Counted from the first letter of the stretch, positions 10,109 through 25,190 are shown. The stretch is DNA of 64,000 bases from an uncultured Chloroflexia bacterium (GCA_963743795.1 CAVUQZ010000009.1:4162-68161); one strand, 5' to 3'. The notes: generated by a model not told the origin, from the letters alone. Program-made: numbers and translations.

Positions 10109-11387
10109 ATGGTGACCATGACCGAAGGCCAGCCGCAGCTCGGGCGATCAGCCTCTCCGGCCTCCGAGTGGGCCCTCGACCCGACCGTGACCTACCTCAA
10201 TCACGGCTCATTCGGGGCGTGCCTGCAAGGCCATCCTCGAGGTCCAGCGCGGCTGGCGCGACAAGCTCGAGGCAGAGCCGGTCCGGCTTCCTGGCCCGCG
10301 AGCTCGAGGATCTGCTCGACTGGTCGCGGTCCGAGATCGGCGCCTTCGTCGGGGCGGACGCGGACGACCTGGCGCTCATGCCCGAACGCCACGGCCGGCA
10401 TCAACACCGTCCTGCGCTCGCTCGAGTTCGAGAAGGGCGACGAGCTGCTCGCGACCGACCACGCCTACAACGCCAGCCTGAACGCCCTGCGCTTCGCCGC
10501 CGCTCATGCCGGAGCCACGGTCGTGCTGGCGCGCTTCCCGTTCCCGATCTCGAGCGAGGACGAGGCCTTCGAGGCGATCATGGACGCAGTCACGCCGAAC
10601 ACCAGGCTGGCGATGATCGACCACGTGACCAGCCCGACGGCGCTGATCCTGCCGATCGAGCGGCTCGTGCCGGCGCTGGCCGAGAAGGGCGTCGACGTTC
10701 TCGTCGACGGGGCCCACGGGCCGGGCATGATCCCACTGCATCTGCGCGAGCTCGCCCCCGCCTACTACGCCGGCACGACCCACAAGTGGATGTGCGCCCC
10801 GAAGGGCACGGGCTTCCTGTACGTCCGGCGCGACCGGCAGGCGATGATCAAGCCGCTGGCCATCTCGCACGGCGCGAACGACCCGCGGGTGGACCGATCG
10901 CGGTTCCGCCTCGAGTTCGACTGGACCGGCACGCATCGACCCGAGCGGCTTGCTCTCGATCCCGGCCGCTATAGACGGCCTGGGCGAGATGCTGCCGGGC
11001 GGCTGGCCGGCCCTGCTCTCGATCAACCACCGGCTCGCCGCCTCCGCCGGCGGGATGCTCGCCGAGGCGCTCCACACCCCCCTCCAGGCCCCCCTCTCGA
11101 TGATCGGCTCCATGGCCTCCGTGCGATTGCCCGGCGGGCCCTGGCCGCGCGCCGAGGCCATGCGCCGGATGGCCATGATCGATGCGGCGCTGCGCGGGCA
11201 GCGTTTCGAGGTGCCTCTGATCGTCTGGCCGTTGCCCTGGCTCGTCGAGTCGGGCGATCTGCCGCCGACGACGAAGTTCGACCTGCTGGTCCGGATCTCC
11301 GCCCAGGCCTACAACTACCTCGGCCAGTACGAGCGGCTGGCCTCGGTACTCGCCGGCCAGGCGGGCGTCGATCGGCCCCCTGGCTGA
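10109..11387 (+). pseudogene. Class-V aminotransferase (isopenicillin-N epimerase / cysteine-desulfurase-like), frameshifted
   Basis: YLNHGSFG, ATAGINTVLRSL, VDGAHGPGMIPL, TTHKWMCAPKGTGFLYV (PLP lysine), and C-terminal LVRISAQAYN in ORF 10950..11387. At least 3 frame switches (near 10230, 10380 and 10945). Confidence 0.75.
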
Positions 11388-11465
11388 CCCGCCCTCGCGC
11401 CGGACGGCAACGCCCGGGGTCGCGCCGGACGGCTGGGCCGCCGGCGGCGATCGGTCAGGCCCGCG

Positions 11466-12707
11466 TCAGGGTTCCCCTTTGGACAGCGGCCCCGCGCCAT
11501 CGACGATGGCCACCGGATATGCGGTCCCGCGCAGGCCGGTACCGTGGCGGTAATCACCCAGAACGGCCGCCACCAGCGCCGGCACCGCGTCGGCAAGGAC
11601 CAGGTTGACCGTGCATCCCCCGAACCCTTGACCGGTCATCCGGGCCGCCACGACCCCCGGCACCGCCAGCGCCACTCCAACCATCGCGTCCAGGGCCGGA
11701 GATCCGACCTCGTACAGGTCCCGCAGAGAGGCGTGAGATTCGGCGAAGAGCCGGCCCAATTCGTCCAGATCGTTCGATTCCATGGCCTCCGCCGTGGCCA
11801 CGACACGACCGTTCTCCGCGACGACATGCTCCGCGCGCCGAGCCACTGCCGGTGGCAGGATCGCGCGGTGCCGCCGCAGCAAGGCGGCGTCCACATCGCG
11901 CAGGGACCAGAGCCCGGGGATTCGCTCGGATAGCAGGGCCACCGCCCGGCCGCATTCGGCCCGGCGATCTTTCAGGGCGCGGTCGTGCGGCTGGCGAGGC
12001 GAGCCTGTGTCGCAGACCACCAGCCGAACCCCCCAGGGCAAGGCCACGAGGCGGCTCTCCAGGGAGCGGCAGTCGAGCAGCAGCGCTCGTCCCTCCCGAC
12101 CGGTGGCGCCGGCCAGCTGGCCCACGATGCCGCGGTCGACGCCTACGTAGTCGCGCTCGGCCCGCTGGGCGAGGGCCGCCAGTGCCGGCTCGGTCGGTGC
12201 GGCCGTGCCGCTCAACAGGGCGAGGGCCGAAGCCAGCTCCAGCGCCGCGGACGACGAGAGGCCGATGGCCGGCGGGATCGCAGAGTCGACTATGCCGTCG
12301 AAGCCACGGATCGGGAGTGCGGCCTCGCGCAGCGACCAGGCAGTGCCGGCGACGTAGTCCCACCAGCCGCGGACGGCCCCATCGGCGCTCGCAACCGACG
12401 CGGGCGCCAGGTCGTCGATCCAGAAGGTGCGCGTCCCGGCCTGCCCGGGCGAGGCTATCCGGACCAGCCCATCGCGGCGGCGGCGGAAGGCGATCCACGT
12501 CTCGAGCCCGATGGCGGCCGGCAGGACGAACCCCTCGTCGTAGTCCGTGTGATCGCCGATGAGATGCACGCTGCCCGGGGCCCGCACGATCTCCAGGCTC
12601 CGACCCGCGGCGGATGCGGCCCTGTCGAGGGACGCGGCGTCGCCGAAGGCGGCCTCGAAGGCGGCAGTCAGCCGTTCGATTCGATGTTGACCGGGCCCGA
12701 TGGGCAT
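11466..12707 (-). CDS. galK: Galactokinase
   Basis: VRAPGSVHLIGDHTDYDEGFVLPAAI, GLSSSAALELA, GGFGGCTV. ATG at 12707 (MPIGPGQ...); the ORF-track start 12878 adds non-protein-like residues. Confidence 0.9.
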   Translation of the reverse strand: MPIGPGQHRIERLTAAFEAAFGDAASLDRAASAAGRSLEIVRAPGSVHLIGDHTDYDEGFVLPAAIGLETWIAFRRRRDGLVRIASPGQAGTRTFWIDDLAPASVASADGAVRGWWDYVAGTAWSLREAALPIRGFDGIVDSAIPPAIGLSSSAALELASALALLSGTAAPTEPALAALAQRAERDYVGVDRGIVGQLAGATGREGRALLLDCRSLESRLVALPWGVRLVVCDTGSPRQPHDRALKDRRAECGRAVALLSERIPGLWSLRDVDAALLRRHRAILPPAVARRAEHVVAENGRVVATAEAMESNDLDELGRLFAESHASLRDLYEVGSPALDAMVGVALAVPGVVAARMTGQGFGGCTVNLVLADAVPALVAAVLGDYRHGTGLRGTAYPVAIVDGAGPLSKGEP

Positions 12708-12714
12708 GCGACAG

Positions 12715-12720
12715 ATGCTA
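12715..12720 (-). promoter_or_regulatory. Candidate -10 hexamer (TAGCAT on the minus strand) 7 nt upstream of the galK ATG
   Basis: Minus strand reads tagcat-ctgtcgc-ATG(12707). Confidence 0.3.
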
Positions 12721-12937
12721 CCGCCCCGGCGCGCGACCGGCCCCACCCGATGCCGTACCGGGCACGGTACCTCCGGCGATTGGGTCGGACCCACCTCAAC
12801 CCCCCCTAACCTCCTCGCGGACTCCAAGGACCGGGAAATATCGCGGTGCGAGACGGCACCACGAGCGGAAGAGCTCATACGGAGGTCCTACGCGGTGGTC
12901 CTATGATGTGGCTCCGAGCCGCAGCGTTGTGGGGGTT

Positions 12938-14365
12938 ATGTCCGGGGTCGAGACTTCCCTGGCGATACTGGCGGCGGCCGTGGTCATCATCATCGACCTG
13001 GCCGTCATGTTCGCGGCCGTTCGGCTAGGCAGAGGGCGGCGGGCAGGTCGCTACGCCAGAGCGGCCGCCCGAACGGGCCGGCGGGCCGATCGCGAGGAAA
13101 CGGAGCCCAACGGCGATCAGCCGACCGCCCGGCTGCCGGAACCGGATCGGCGACGGGTGGCCCGGGCAGATGCGGTTGCCCACCGCATGATCCGACCGCC
13201 CGACGGAGGGCTCGAGGAGGTTCTTCGCGGTTCCCCGGCCGTCAACAGGTACAACCGGGCGGTTCCCCTGCTGACCTGGTCGTTCATCGTCGTCGTCGTC
13301 CTGCTGATCGTTTCCGCCGGTCAGCTCCGGCAGCCGGTTCAGCCGCAAGTCTTCGCGACGCTGGTAACGGCCCCTCTCCTCGTGCTGCTGGTCCACGAGC
13401 TGATGCCGCCGGGGAGCCACCGGACGGCGCGCATCGTCCTGGAGGGCAGTGCAGCGATTGCCTTCCTGACGATGCTGGTCCTGCTCACCGGCGGTTCGGC
13501 CAGCCCCTTCTTCTTCCTCTACGCCCTCCTGGTGGGTCGAGCGGCGCTGATCGCCCGTCCAGGAGCGACCCTGGCCCTGATCGTTGAGACACTGGCGGCC
13601 TACGCTGTCGCGTCCGTCTCCGGACTTTCGAACGCCAGCACTGCCCGCGAGACTCTGGCTGTGGTCGGGGTCAACCTGACCGTGCTCCTGCTGCTGGCCT
13701 ATTCGGGCATTGTGGTCGGCGGAATCCAGCGGCGCACCAGAGACGCGGCCATCCGGCTGTCGACGGTCGATTCCCTGACCGACCTCGGCAACCGAGCGTT
13801 CCTCTTCAACACCGTCGAGCGCGAGGTCGAACGAGGCCGGCGGTTCCGGCGCGGCTTCTGCCTGCTGATGATGGACGTCGACGGCCTGAAGTCGATCAAC
13901 GACCGGTACGGCCACTACCAGGGCGACATCGTCCTGCGCGGCGTGGCCGGGGTCATCAAAGCGAATCTACGCGGCATAGATGTCGCCGCTCGGTACGGCG
14001 GGGACGAATTCGTGGCGCTGCTCACCGAGACGGATCCGACCGGCGCCTGGGTGGTGGCCGAGAAGATACGCCAGGTCGCCAGCGAGCTGTCCCTGGAGGC
14101 CGGTGGTCAGCGGATCACGACTTCGCTGTCGATCGGCGTGGTCTCGTATCCGGAGGACGGCCCGACCGCGGACGAGCTGATGATTGCCGCGGACGAGGCC
14201 ATGTATTCGTCCAAGCGTCTGGGGAAGAATCGCGTCGTGGGGTACGTGAGGCCGAGCGACTCCAGCCAGCCGGTACGCGTTCGCCCGCGAGCTACCACGC
14301 CCGGTTTCCGGCCGCTGCCGCGCGAGGGCGAGGGCCAGCCCGTCGAGCGGGGCGAGCGCAGGTAG
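12938..14365 (+). CDS. Membrane-anchored diguanylate cyclase (GGDEF domain)
   Basis: ATG at 12938. Several N-terminal TM helices, then DSLTDLGNRAFL...LLMMDVDGLKSINDRYGHYQGD...RYGGDEFVALL. Confidence 0.85.
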   Translation: MSGVETSLAILAAAVVIIIDLAVMFAAVRLGRGRRAGRYARAAARTGRRADREETEPNGDQPTARLPEPDRRRVARADAVAHRMIRPPDGGLEEVLRGSPAVNRYNRAVPLLTWSFIVVVVLLIVSAGQLRQPVQPQVFATLVTAPLLVLLVHELMPPGSHRTARIVLEGSAAIAFLTMLVLLTGGSASPFFFLYALLVGRAALIARPGATLALIVETLAAYAVASVSGLSNASTARETLAVVGVNLTVLLLLAYSGIVVGGIQRRTRDAAIRLSTVDSLTDLGNRAFLFNTVEREVERGRRFRRGFCLLMMDVDGLKSINDRYGHYQGDIVLRGVAGVIKANLRGIDVAARYGGDEFVALLTETDPTGAWVVAEKIRQVASELSLEAGGQRITTSLSIGVVSYPEDGPTADELMIAADEAMYSSKRLGKNRVVGYVRPSDSSQPVRVRPRATTPGFRPLPREGEGQPVERGERR

Positions 14366-14469
14366 GTCGGGGAACCCGGCGCTCCAGCCCGAGCCGGCGC
14401 CCGTTGGCCGCCCTTGACCCGGCAGACGCCCGCAGTCCGATTGGCGCCGGCTAACGGACGGCGATCGGC

Positions 14470-14475
14470 TAGGAT
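14470..14475 (+). promoter_or_regulatory. Candidate -10 hexamer (TAGGAT) 6 nt upstream of ATG 14482
   Basis: taggat-ctccgc-ATG. Confidence 0.3.
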
Positions 14476-14481
14476 CTCCGC

Positions 14482-15673
14482 ATGGCTCAATTCACCACCC
14501 GCGCGATCCTCGCCGCGACTCGCTCCCCCGAGGTCCATCAGGTTCCATCGGCGATCCCGATCTACCAGGCGGCAGCCTTCTCGACGGCCACGGCGGCCGA
14601 GCTCGGAGACGTCCTGACCGGCGTCTCGCACGGCTACGCCTACAGCAGGATCGACAACCCCACCACCGCGGCCCTCGCCGACGCCGTGGCCGAGCTGGAG
14701 GGGGCCGAGGCCGGGCTCGCCTTCGCCACCGGCATGGCCGCCATTCACGCCGCCATCGTCTCGGTGGTCCGGGCCGGCCAGACGATCGTGGTCACTCAGG
14801 CGGTCTACGGCACCACCCGCGACCTCCTCGTCCGCGTGCTGGCCGGGCTCGGGGTCGCGACCGAGTTCGTCGACCCGACCGACCTTGCCGCAGTCGATGC
14901 GGCCCTGACCCGGACCGGCTCGCCGATCCTGTACGTGGAGACGGTCTCCAACCCCACGATCATCGTCTCCGACCTCTCCGCCCTGGCCGGGATCGCCCAT
15001 AGTCACGGCGCGCTGCTCCTGGTCGACAACACGTTCGCCTCGCCCTACGCCTGCCGGCCCATCGAGCACGGTGCGGACCTGGTCATGCACTCGGCCACGA
15101 AGTACCTCTCCGGCCATGCCGACGTGCTGGCGGGTGTGGTCGTCGGCAATCGCGAGCGCATCGACGCCGTGCGCCCGATCCTGGTCGATGCCGGCGGGGC
15201 GCTTGCACCGCTGGCTGCGTTCCTGGTCCTGCGCGGCCTGCCCACCCTCGCCCTCCGAATGGAGCGCCACAGCGACACCGCCCTCGAGCTGGCGGCCTGG
15301 CTGCAGGGCCAGGATCGGGTGGAGCGCGTCTACTACCCCGGGCTGCCCGAGCGACCGGGGGCACGAGGTGGCCAGCCGGCAGCTCGACGTCTTCGGCGGC
15401 ATGTTCGCCTTCGAGCTGGCCGGAGGCAGAGAAGCGGGCCGGGCCTTCCTGGACGCCATGCGCGTCGCCGAACGGACGGCCTCATTGGGCGCCGTCCGGA
15501 CGATCATCAGCCATCCGCCTTCCACGACTCACCGCCAGCTCGACGCCGACGCTCTGCGCGCGAGCGGCATCGCGCCCGGCCTGCTGCGAGTCTCGGTCGG
15601 GCTCGAAGACGTGGAGGACCTGCGCGAGGACCTCGAGCTGGGGCTGGACGCGGCCCGGGCCGCGAAGGGGTAG
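14482..15673 (+). CDS. Cys/Met-metabolism PLP enzyme (cystathionine gamma-synthase / O-acylhomoserine sulfhydrylase family), one frameshift near 15340-15360
   Basis: YSRIDNPTTAAL, ATGMAAI, HSATKYLSGHADVLAGVVVG (PLP lysine). The C-terminus SLGAVRTIISHPPSTTH...LLRVSVGLEDVEDL is in the frame of ORF 15071..15673. Confidence 0.8.
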
Positions 15674-15726
15674 CGGTCCGACGGAGGCGCGGCGGAGGGC
15701 CGGCCGGCCGCCGATCGCCTGCTTGC

Positions 15727-17882
<2,156 letters not shown>

Positions 17883-18155
17883 TTCGACTCCTATCGACGC
17901 ATGAGTGGTGGGTGCGCCTCCAGGGGTCGGCCCGCGGGCGGCCGCAGGCGAAGCCCGGTCGCTGGATCGGTCAGGACGGCCGGCAGTCCGAATCGGAGAT
18001 GGCCGAGGCCCGGTCCCGAAGGGAGATCCCACATCGGAGTCGATGTTCTCACAGGGCTACCGGGCATTGGGAACGATGCGGTCTCCCACAGGTGACAAAT
18101 CGGAAACGTCAGGTGGCGAATCGGATACGAATCGAATTGGACGGCCTCGAAGCCC

Positions 18156-20198
18156 CTAGAGCAGCGCCGGGCGGACCCACTCCTTGCCCAGGACGTGCTC
18201 GTCGAGGAAGGCCAGCACCGTCTCGTACCAGAGCCGCGCGTTGTTCGGCTTCAGGATCCAGTGGTTCTCGTCGGGGAAGTAGAGGAAGCGAGCCTGGACG
18301 CCGTGGCGCGTGCAGGTCCGTCCACAGCGTCAGGCGCCTCGCTGAGCGGGACGCGGAAGTCGCGCTCGCCGTGGATGACGAGCATCGGCGTCTTGATCGC
18401 GCCGATGTGCGCCGCCGGCGACTGGCGGTCGTAGCAGCTCGGGCTGGGTGTACGGGTCGCCCATCTCGTGCTCCCAGTCGACGCCCGTGTCCGTGGTGCC
18501 GTGGAACGGCCGCAGGTCCCAGAGCGAGGCGTGGGTGACGATCGCCCGGAACCGGTCCGTGTGGCCGGCCACCCAGTTGGCCATGTAGCCGCCGAAGCTG
18601 CCGCCCACCAGCGCCGTCCGCGCGGCGTCCAGGTCCGGCCGCTTCAGGGCCGCGTCCGAGCGCGGCCATGATGTCCGTGTACGGCGCCTCGCCCCAGCGG
18701 CCCCAGCCGCGCTCGACCATCCGCTGGCCGTAGCCGATGCGAGATGGCCGGGTCCGGCATCAGGACCGCGTAGCCGCGCTCGACGAGGAGGTGCGGGTTC
18801 CAGCGCCAGTGCCAGCCGTTCCACGACCCGATGCGGGCCGCCGTGGGCCAAGACCACCAGCGGCGCGGGGTGTCTCGGCCGAGGCGTCCGGCGGAAGGAC
18901 CAGCCACGAGCCGATCGCCTGGCCGTCGGCGGCCGTGGCGGTCAGCCGCTCCACGCGGCCGCGGCCCTCGATTCCGCCATCGTCGATGCTGCGGCGGCAG
19001 CTCGACGGGCGTCTGGTTCTCGCCGCGGGCGGCGAAGCGGACGATCCGCGGCGGGTGCGGTCATCGTGGCCCGCAGCGCGTAGATGGTCTTGCCGTCCGG
19101 CGACGGGCACAGGTCCGAGACCGCGCCCTCGGAGACCAGGCACGTCGACCCTGCCGCCCGGCCACGTCGACGCGGAAGGCGGCCACCCAGCCCAGTCGAG
19201 TCGGCGGTGAAGAAGACCGCGCTCGAGTCGGGCGCCCAGACCGGCGACTCGGGCCAGAGGTCGAGCTTCGGGCGTCAGGTCGCGGCCCTTGCCCGTGGCG
19301 AGGTCGATCAGCCAGAGCGTCGCTCGCGGCCGCCTGGTCGGGCGTGCCGAACGTCGTCGCGGACGGCGGCCACGAACCGGCCGTCCGGCGAGAAGCGGGG
19401 GTGGTCGTAGTAGCGCGTCGCCGGGCGTCGAGCTTGCGGCGCGCCTTCGATCTCGACGTCGATGCGCGACCAGGTCGCAGCGGGGTCGCCGGCGGGTTCG
19501 ACCAGTCGCACCAGCTCGTCACGACCGTTCTTGCCGTCGGGCGAGATGTCGAACTCGGGCTCCAGGAAGGCCGGGCCCGGATCGCCGGTGAGGTCGCTCG
19601 GCTTCGAGCCGGGCCTCCGGATCGGCCGGCAGCGGGCGGCGAAGATGCGCTGGCGCTGCGGCGCGAGCCAGTGGTCCCAGTAGCGGATCGGGTAGTCCTC
19701 GAACAGCAGCGCCCCGACGCCGGCGTCCTTGCGGGCCTTCGCCCGGGCGGCGTCGTCCTCGAGGCTGGTCGCCAGCGGGATGCAGCGGGACGCCGAAGGC
19801 GATCGCGTCGGCGTTGCGGGCGGCGGCCACGCCGTCGATCCCGCCGTCGGGCGCGAGCAGCAGGCGCGCCTCGCCGCCGTCCGCCGGCAGCGTCCAGAGG
19901 GCCGCGATCTTGCTGGTCCGGGTCCGCCTTGGCGTCCGGATCCGGCCGGGCCGAGGTGAACAGCAGCGAGCCGTCGCGCGCGAATGTCGGCGGCGGACTC
20001 GCCCGCGCTGGAGCGGGTCAGGCGGCGCGGGGCGGTCGCCCCGGCCGGGTCCACCTGCCAGATCGCGGTCCGCAGCTCGTTGGGCTCCGGGCCGGGCCGC
20101 GAGACGGCGACGACCAGGCGGCTGCCGTCGGGCGACAGCCGCAGGCCGGACAAGCGGGGGGTGGCGAAGTAACGGTCGAGCGTAAGTGGCTCAGTCAT
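18156..20198 (-). pseudogene. S9-family serine peptidase (prolyl oligopeptidase / dipeptidyl aminopeptidase-like), many frame breaks
   Basis: N-terminal beta-propeller-type sequence MTEPLTLDRYFATPRLSGLRLSPDGSRLVVAV. C-terminal hydrolase fragments GGSFGGYMANWVAGHTDRF, ASLWDL, IKTPMLVIHGERDFRVP and FPDENHWILKPNN (translated by hand across frames). Stop TAG at 18156-18158. Confidence 0.75.
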
Positions 20199-20400
20199 GG
20201 CACGATCATCGCGCATTGCCACGCCGGGTCAAGCCTCAGTTGACGCCGGGCACGGCCGCAGCGCCACCAGGCCCGAGCGTGGGGCCGCCGCGCCGACTTC
20301 AAAGGCCGAGCGCGGGGCGGACGCGCCGCCAACCCCGCCCCTTGCTACCGCTCCGGGTGGTCCCCTGATATCATTCCGTGGCCCTCAGCGGGCATTCGGT

Positions 20401-21939
<1,539 letters not shown>

Positions 21940-22107
21940 AGCTCAATCACCCGCGTGAGTCCAGGGGCCTGCGGCCGGCGCGGCGGGCGTGGGCCTGACG
22001 GATGCACACCGCGAGGGCCCGCACCAGCGGATCACCGGGCTCGACCGCCCGGGCGCGGCCCGATGAGCCGGTAAGGGCCGACGCCCCGCCGGCCTGACGC
22101 GGGCCGT

Positions 22108-22338
22108 TCACGGACGGCTCCCCGGCCGTATTTGCCTGGTGGATCCACTGGGCGCCGGCCGGGGACCCACGGTGGGCCGGCGCCCCACGGTGGGCCGGCG
22201 CCCGACCGGGTCCTGGGCAGGTCGGTCGGGACGCCTGGCGCGCGTCATCCTACCTCTCGACCCGACGCCTCCGCGAGCCTCGGCGTCGAGCTTGGCGTCG
22301 ATCATGGCCGCGATGATCTGGGCCAGGCGTGGCGTCAT
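22108..22338 (-). CDS. Hypothetical small protein, possibly frameshifted
   Basis: MTPRLAQIIAAMIDAKLDAEARGG... Its ATG (22338) overlaps the TGA of the upstream AAA_25 gene (ATGA). It contains the 18-bp duplication. Confidence 0.35.
   Translation of the reverse strand: MTPRLAQIIAAMIDAKLDAEARGGVGSRGRMTRARRPDRPAQDPVGRRPTVGRRPTVGPRPAPSGSTRQIRPGSRP
22166..22201. repeat. 2 x 18-bp perfect tandem duplication (cccacggtgggccggcgc)
   Basis: Read directly from the sequence. Encodes GRRPTV-GRRPTV on the minus strand. Confidence 0.85.
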
Positions 22339-23499
22339 AGCGACTCGGTCCGGGCATTCGGGCCCGCACTTGGGGACTCGTCTTCGACCCCGTCGGCGTC
22401 GAAGGGAGCCAAGTCTCCCCGAAGGGTGCCAAGTCCGAGGATTGGCATCCTTCGGGCGATGTTGGCATCCTTCGGCAGAAACCAGACCCAATGGCTCGGC
22501 TCACCGGGTCGGCCGAGCTTGACCGAATCGACGCCGAATTCGGCCTTCGCCCGAACCAGGGTGTGCTCTCTTATTCCGGCCTCCGCCGCCCGCTTGTAGA
22601 CCTCACTCGCAGGCAGCGGTCCGTCATCGAGCACATCGGCCAGGAAGACGATCGCTCGCTCAACGCGCGGAGTCCCGATGCCCCGCGTTCGGCAACGCCG
22701 AGAGGGATGCGGCGGTATGCCGTGAGGTCCCGTCCCACTCGATCCAAGGACAGCCGGTCGCCCGGTCGACGACCAGGCGGAAGGCGAGCGAGGGCGGCAG
22801 CGGCCCGACGTTCAGCTTGGTGGGCGCGAGGATGCGCCGGTTCCCGGTCGGCTCGTCGGGGTCGACAGCCATCAGGTAGGCGGCTCGGGCGGCTGCGATG
22901 AAGGCGATGCTGCCGCCGCCGCGATAGAGCGGGTTCTCCGAGGGGCTCTTGCGGAAGTGGCGCAGGCCCAGAATCGCGCAGCCGCTGTTGCCGGCGAGCT
23001 TGGCGAGCCAGTAGAGGACGCGGCGGACGTTGGCGTCGCGGTTGGTGTCGAGCCCGTCGGGCAGGTATGCCGCTGAGCGGGTCGAATACGACCAGGGCGA
23101 CGTCTTGGGTGCGGATGATCTTCTCTAGTCGTCGCCAGGTCCTCGGGCGTGATCATCGGCGGCCGGCGGCTGCCATCGGACTCGGCGAGGTCGAACGTGA
23201 CCACGCGATCCGGATCGGCCCCGGCGGCATCGAGACGCGGCCTGATCGTCCGGGCCCGATCGTCCTCGGCCGACATGAGGATGACGCCTCGCGGCTCTCC
23301 CGCCTCCGGTGCCGTCGGGCATCGGCTCGCCCGGTGCTGATCCGGGCGGCGAGGTCGGCGGTGAAGGTGCTCTTGCCCAGACGCCGGGTCACCGTCGAGA
23401 AGGGAGAATCATCCCGGCGGGCAGGTAGCCGGGCCATACCCACTCGACGTCAGCGGGCGTCACGTCCGAGTACCGGACGAGCTCCGAGCGGGTGCTCAT
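22335..23499 (-). pseudogene. AAA_25 / RepA-like (RecA-fold) ATPase with C-terminal wHTH, at least 3 frame changes
   Basis: Walker A region GKSTFTADLAARISTG. ILGLRHFRKSPSENPLYRGGGSIAFIAAARAAYLM (hand-translated). RILAPTKLNVGPLPPSLAFRL. C-terminal LPASEVYKRAAEAGIREHTLVRAKAEFGVDSVK...WVWFLP. Confidence 0.7.
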
Positions 23500-23720
23500 C
23501 GGGGAGCCTCCCGCTCGATGGCAGCCACAGCCTGGCGGGCGAGAGCCGCCACCGACTCCCGATCCAGAGCCGTCGGCCAGCCGTTCGGCGCGAGGCGAAG
23601 TAGGCGCGCAGCTGGCGCACGGCCCGGACCGGCCGCCGCAGGCCGCACAGGCCGCGGGGGCGGGCCCACGAGCCGCGCGAACGACCGGACCGCCGCAGAC
23701 TACGCAGGCGCGCTCGAGTA
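23496..23720 (-). CDS. Small hypothetical ORF, translationally coupled to the ATPase gene; upstream boundary and frame unclear
   Basis: Hand translation ends ...NGWPTALDRESVVAALARQAVAAIEREAPR with a TGA overlapping the ATG at 23499 (ATGA). Not in the ORF track because it is under 60 aa per frame piece. Confidence 0.3.
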
Positions 23721-23810
23721 ACCCGTTGAACGCGCGTTTCTAGCGCCGATCGCCCGGCCTGCCGACTGATTGGCCGGCCGGCGACGCGCCGAACCGAGTC
23801 GCAGAGTGCT

Positions 23811-24632
23811 TCATCGCGACCCCCTCCTTGTCCCTCGCGGCCGAGCTGCCCTCGCTTGCGTCCGCGGCTTGGGGGTTGACGAGGCTGCCGAGGTGCGGCC
23901 GGCTTTCGCGCGACCCCTCGGGCTCGGTCGGACGGCAGCCGCCAGCTTCCCCGGGGCGGTCAACCGCACCGAGGCCCGCTGGACCGCGGTAGCGGCCACG
24001 TCGTACCCGGCCACCTTGGCGCCGCGTTCGGCCGCTCCGATCAGCAGCGCACCCGAGCCACAGAATGGGTCGACCACGAAGTCGCTGCGGCCGATGCCGG
24101 CGATCCGGGCCAGGCCCCGGCCAAGGTCGGCAGGCTTCTCGGTTGGGTACCGGTCCGCGGTGCCGGGTCCGACTGCCCGGACCGACACGAGATCGACGTC
24201 CAGCAAGAGTGCGGGAAGCCTGGCAGGTAGCCCACCAGCACGAACTCGGTCTGGTGCCGGAGCCCGCCACCGAGACCCGGATGTGACCTTGTCCCAGGTG
24301 ATGGGGCGGACGCCGGACAAAGCCGGCTCGCTCCAGCGCCTCGATGGCCTCGGGCAGGCCGTCGGGATTGGTCATCACGAAGGCGACCCCATCGGGTCGC
24401 ATCCGCGATCTGGCGAGGGCCAGTGACTCGCCGATCTCGCGCCAGGACAGTGAGGCGGCAAACCAGCGCCGTAGGTGGCCGCCGTCCCCGCGCCTGGCCA
24501 CGTGTGCGGTAGGGCGGGTCGGTGATCAGGACGCTGATGGAGCCTGGCGGCAAGGCAGCCAGCGCCTCGCGGGCGTCGCGCCGTTCGATGTGGACGGAGC
24601 GGTCACACGGGTGCCATCGCGTCACCGTCCCG
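23811..24632 (-). CDS. DNA methyltransferase, N4/N6 'DNA methylase' family, beta-class order (DPPY before FxGxG), frameshifted
   Basis: SISVLITDPPY (24041..24943 frame). GVAFVMTNP (23740..24501 frame). YPTEKP...VVDPFCGSGALLIGAAERGAKVAGYD (23811..24320 frame). A GTG near 24632 is the likely start. Confidence 0.75.
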
Positions 24633-24822
24633 GAGCTGGCGGAACCAGCAGCGAAGCCTCGTCTGCCGGATCGGGGTGGGTGTGGGAGTGCTCGCCGAAC
24701 CAGTGCTCCGCCGGAGCCGGGACCGGCCAGCGCGAGGGCGGCGTCCCGCGGTGTCCGTGGCGGTGTTCGTGGACGCCTCGCCGGCCGTGGCGGTGGGGGT
24801 GGGAGTGGTGGTACTCCGACAT
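24622..24822 (-). CDS. His-rich 66-aa protein, first gene of the island's minus-strand operon
   Basis: MSEYHHSHPHRHGRRGVHEHRHGHRG...EHWFGEHSHTHPDP. GC3-rich codons, gaagga SD about 12 nt upstream, and a stop that overlaps the methyltransferase GTG (GTGA). Confidence 0.5.
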   Translation of the reverse strand: MSEYHHSHPHRHGRRGVHEHRHGHRGTPPSRWPVPAPAEHWFGEHSHTHPDPADEASLLVPPAPGR

Positions 24823-25039
24823 GGGGACGCCGGTCCTTCGCGGTTCTCGCGCGGGCGTCCACTCGGGCGCCACGCGTCGAAGCACGTATACGCCGTGGAG
24901 CGGCATCGCTGCGCGGACTCTCACGAGGGCGCTTCAGGCCCAAGCGACCTGATTTCGCGCCATTTCACGCTCAAACTTGCAATCGAGTTTTTTTCCGTCC
25001 GAATCGCGATTCCTGGGCTTCGGGAGGGCTCCCTTGCCC

Positions 25040-25190
25040 GGCTCTGCGGGCTCAGCCGCCACCGCGGCGAGGATCGAGCTTCGGGCGGTGGCCAGCGGTT
25101 CATCTGTGGCCACCTTCGGCGTGGCCACGAACGAGTTCCGGGGCAACGGCAAGGAGCACGCCGAGTACCAGTACAAGGTAAAGGTTTGTC
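25040..25190 (+). pseudogene. SSB-like OB-fold N-terminal fragment (remnant)
   Basis: ARIELRAVASGSSVATFGVATNEFRGNGKEHAEY resembles the SSB N-terminus (xPELRxTxSGxxVAxFxVA). G-rich first codon positions favour the plus frame. The similarity stops after about 50 aa. Confidence 0.3.

Noticed and set aside
17883-18155. Glutamine-riboswitch-like element in the ~270-nt region upstream of glnN (begins aucguuc...).
   Set aside because: The candidate P1 pairing is only 4 bp, and the conserved GGAAGUAGG / GAAGGAACG elements are absent.
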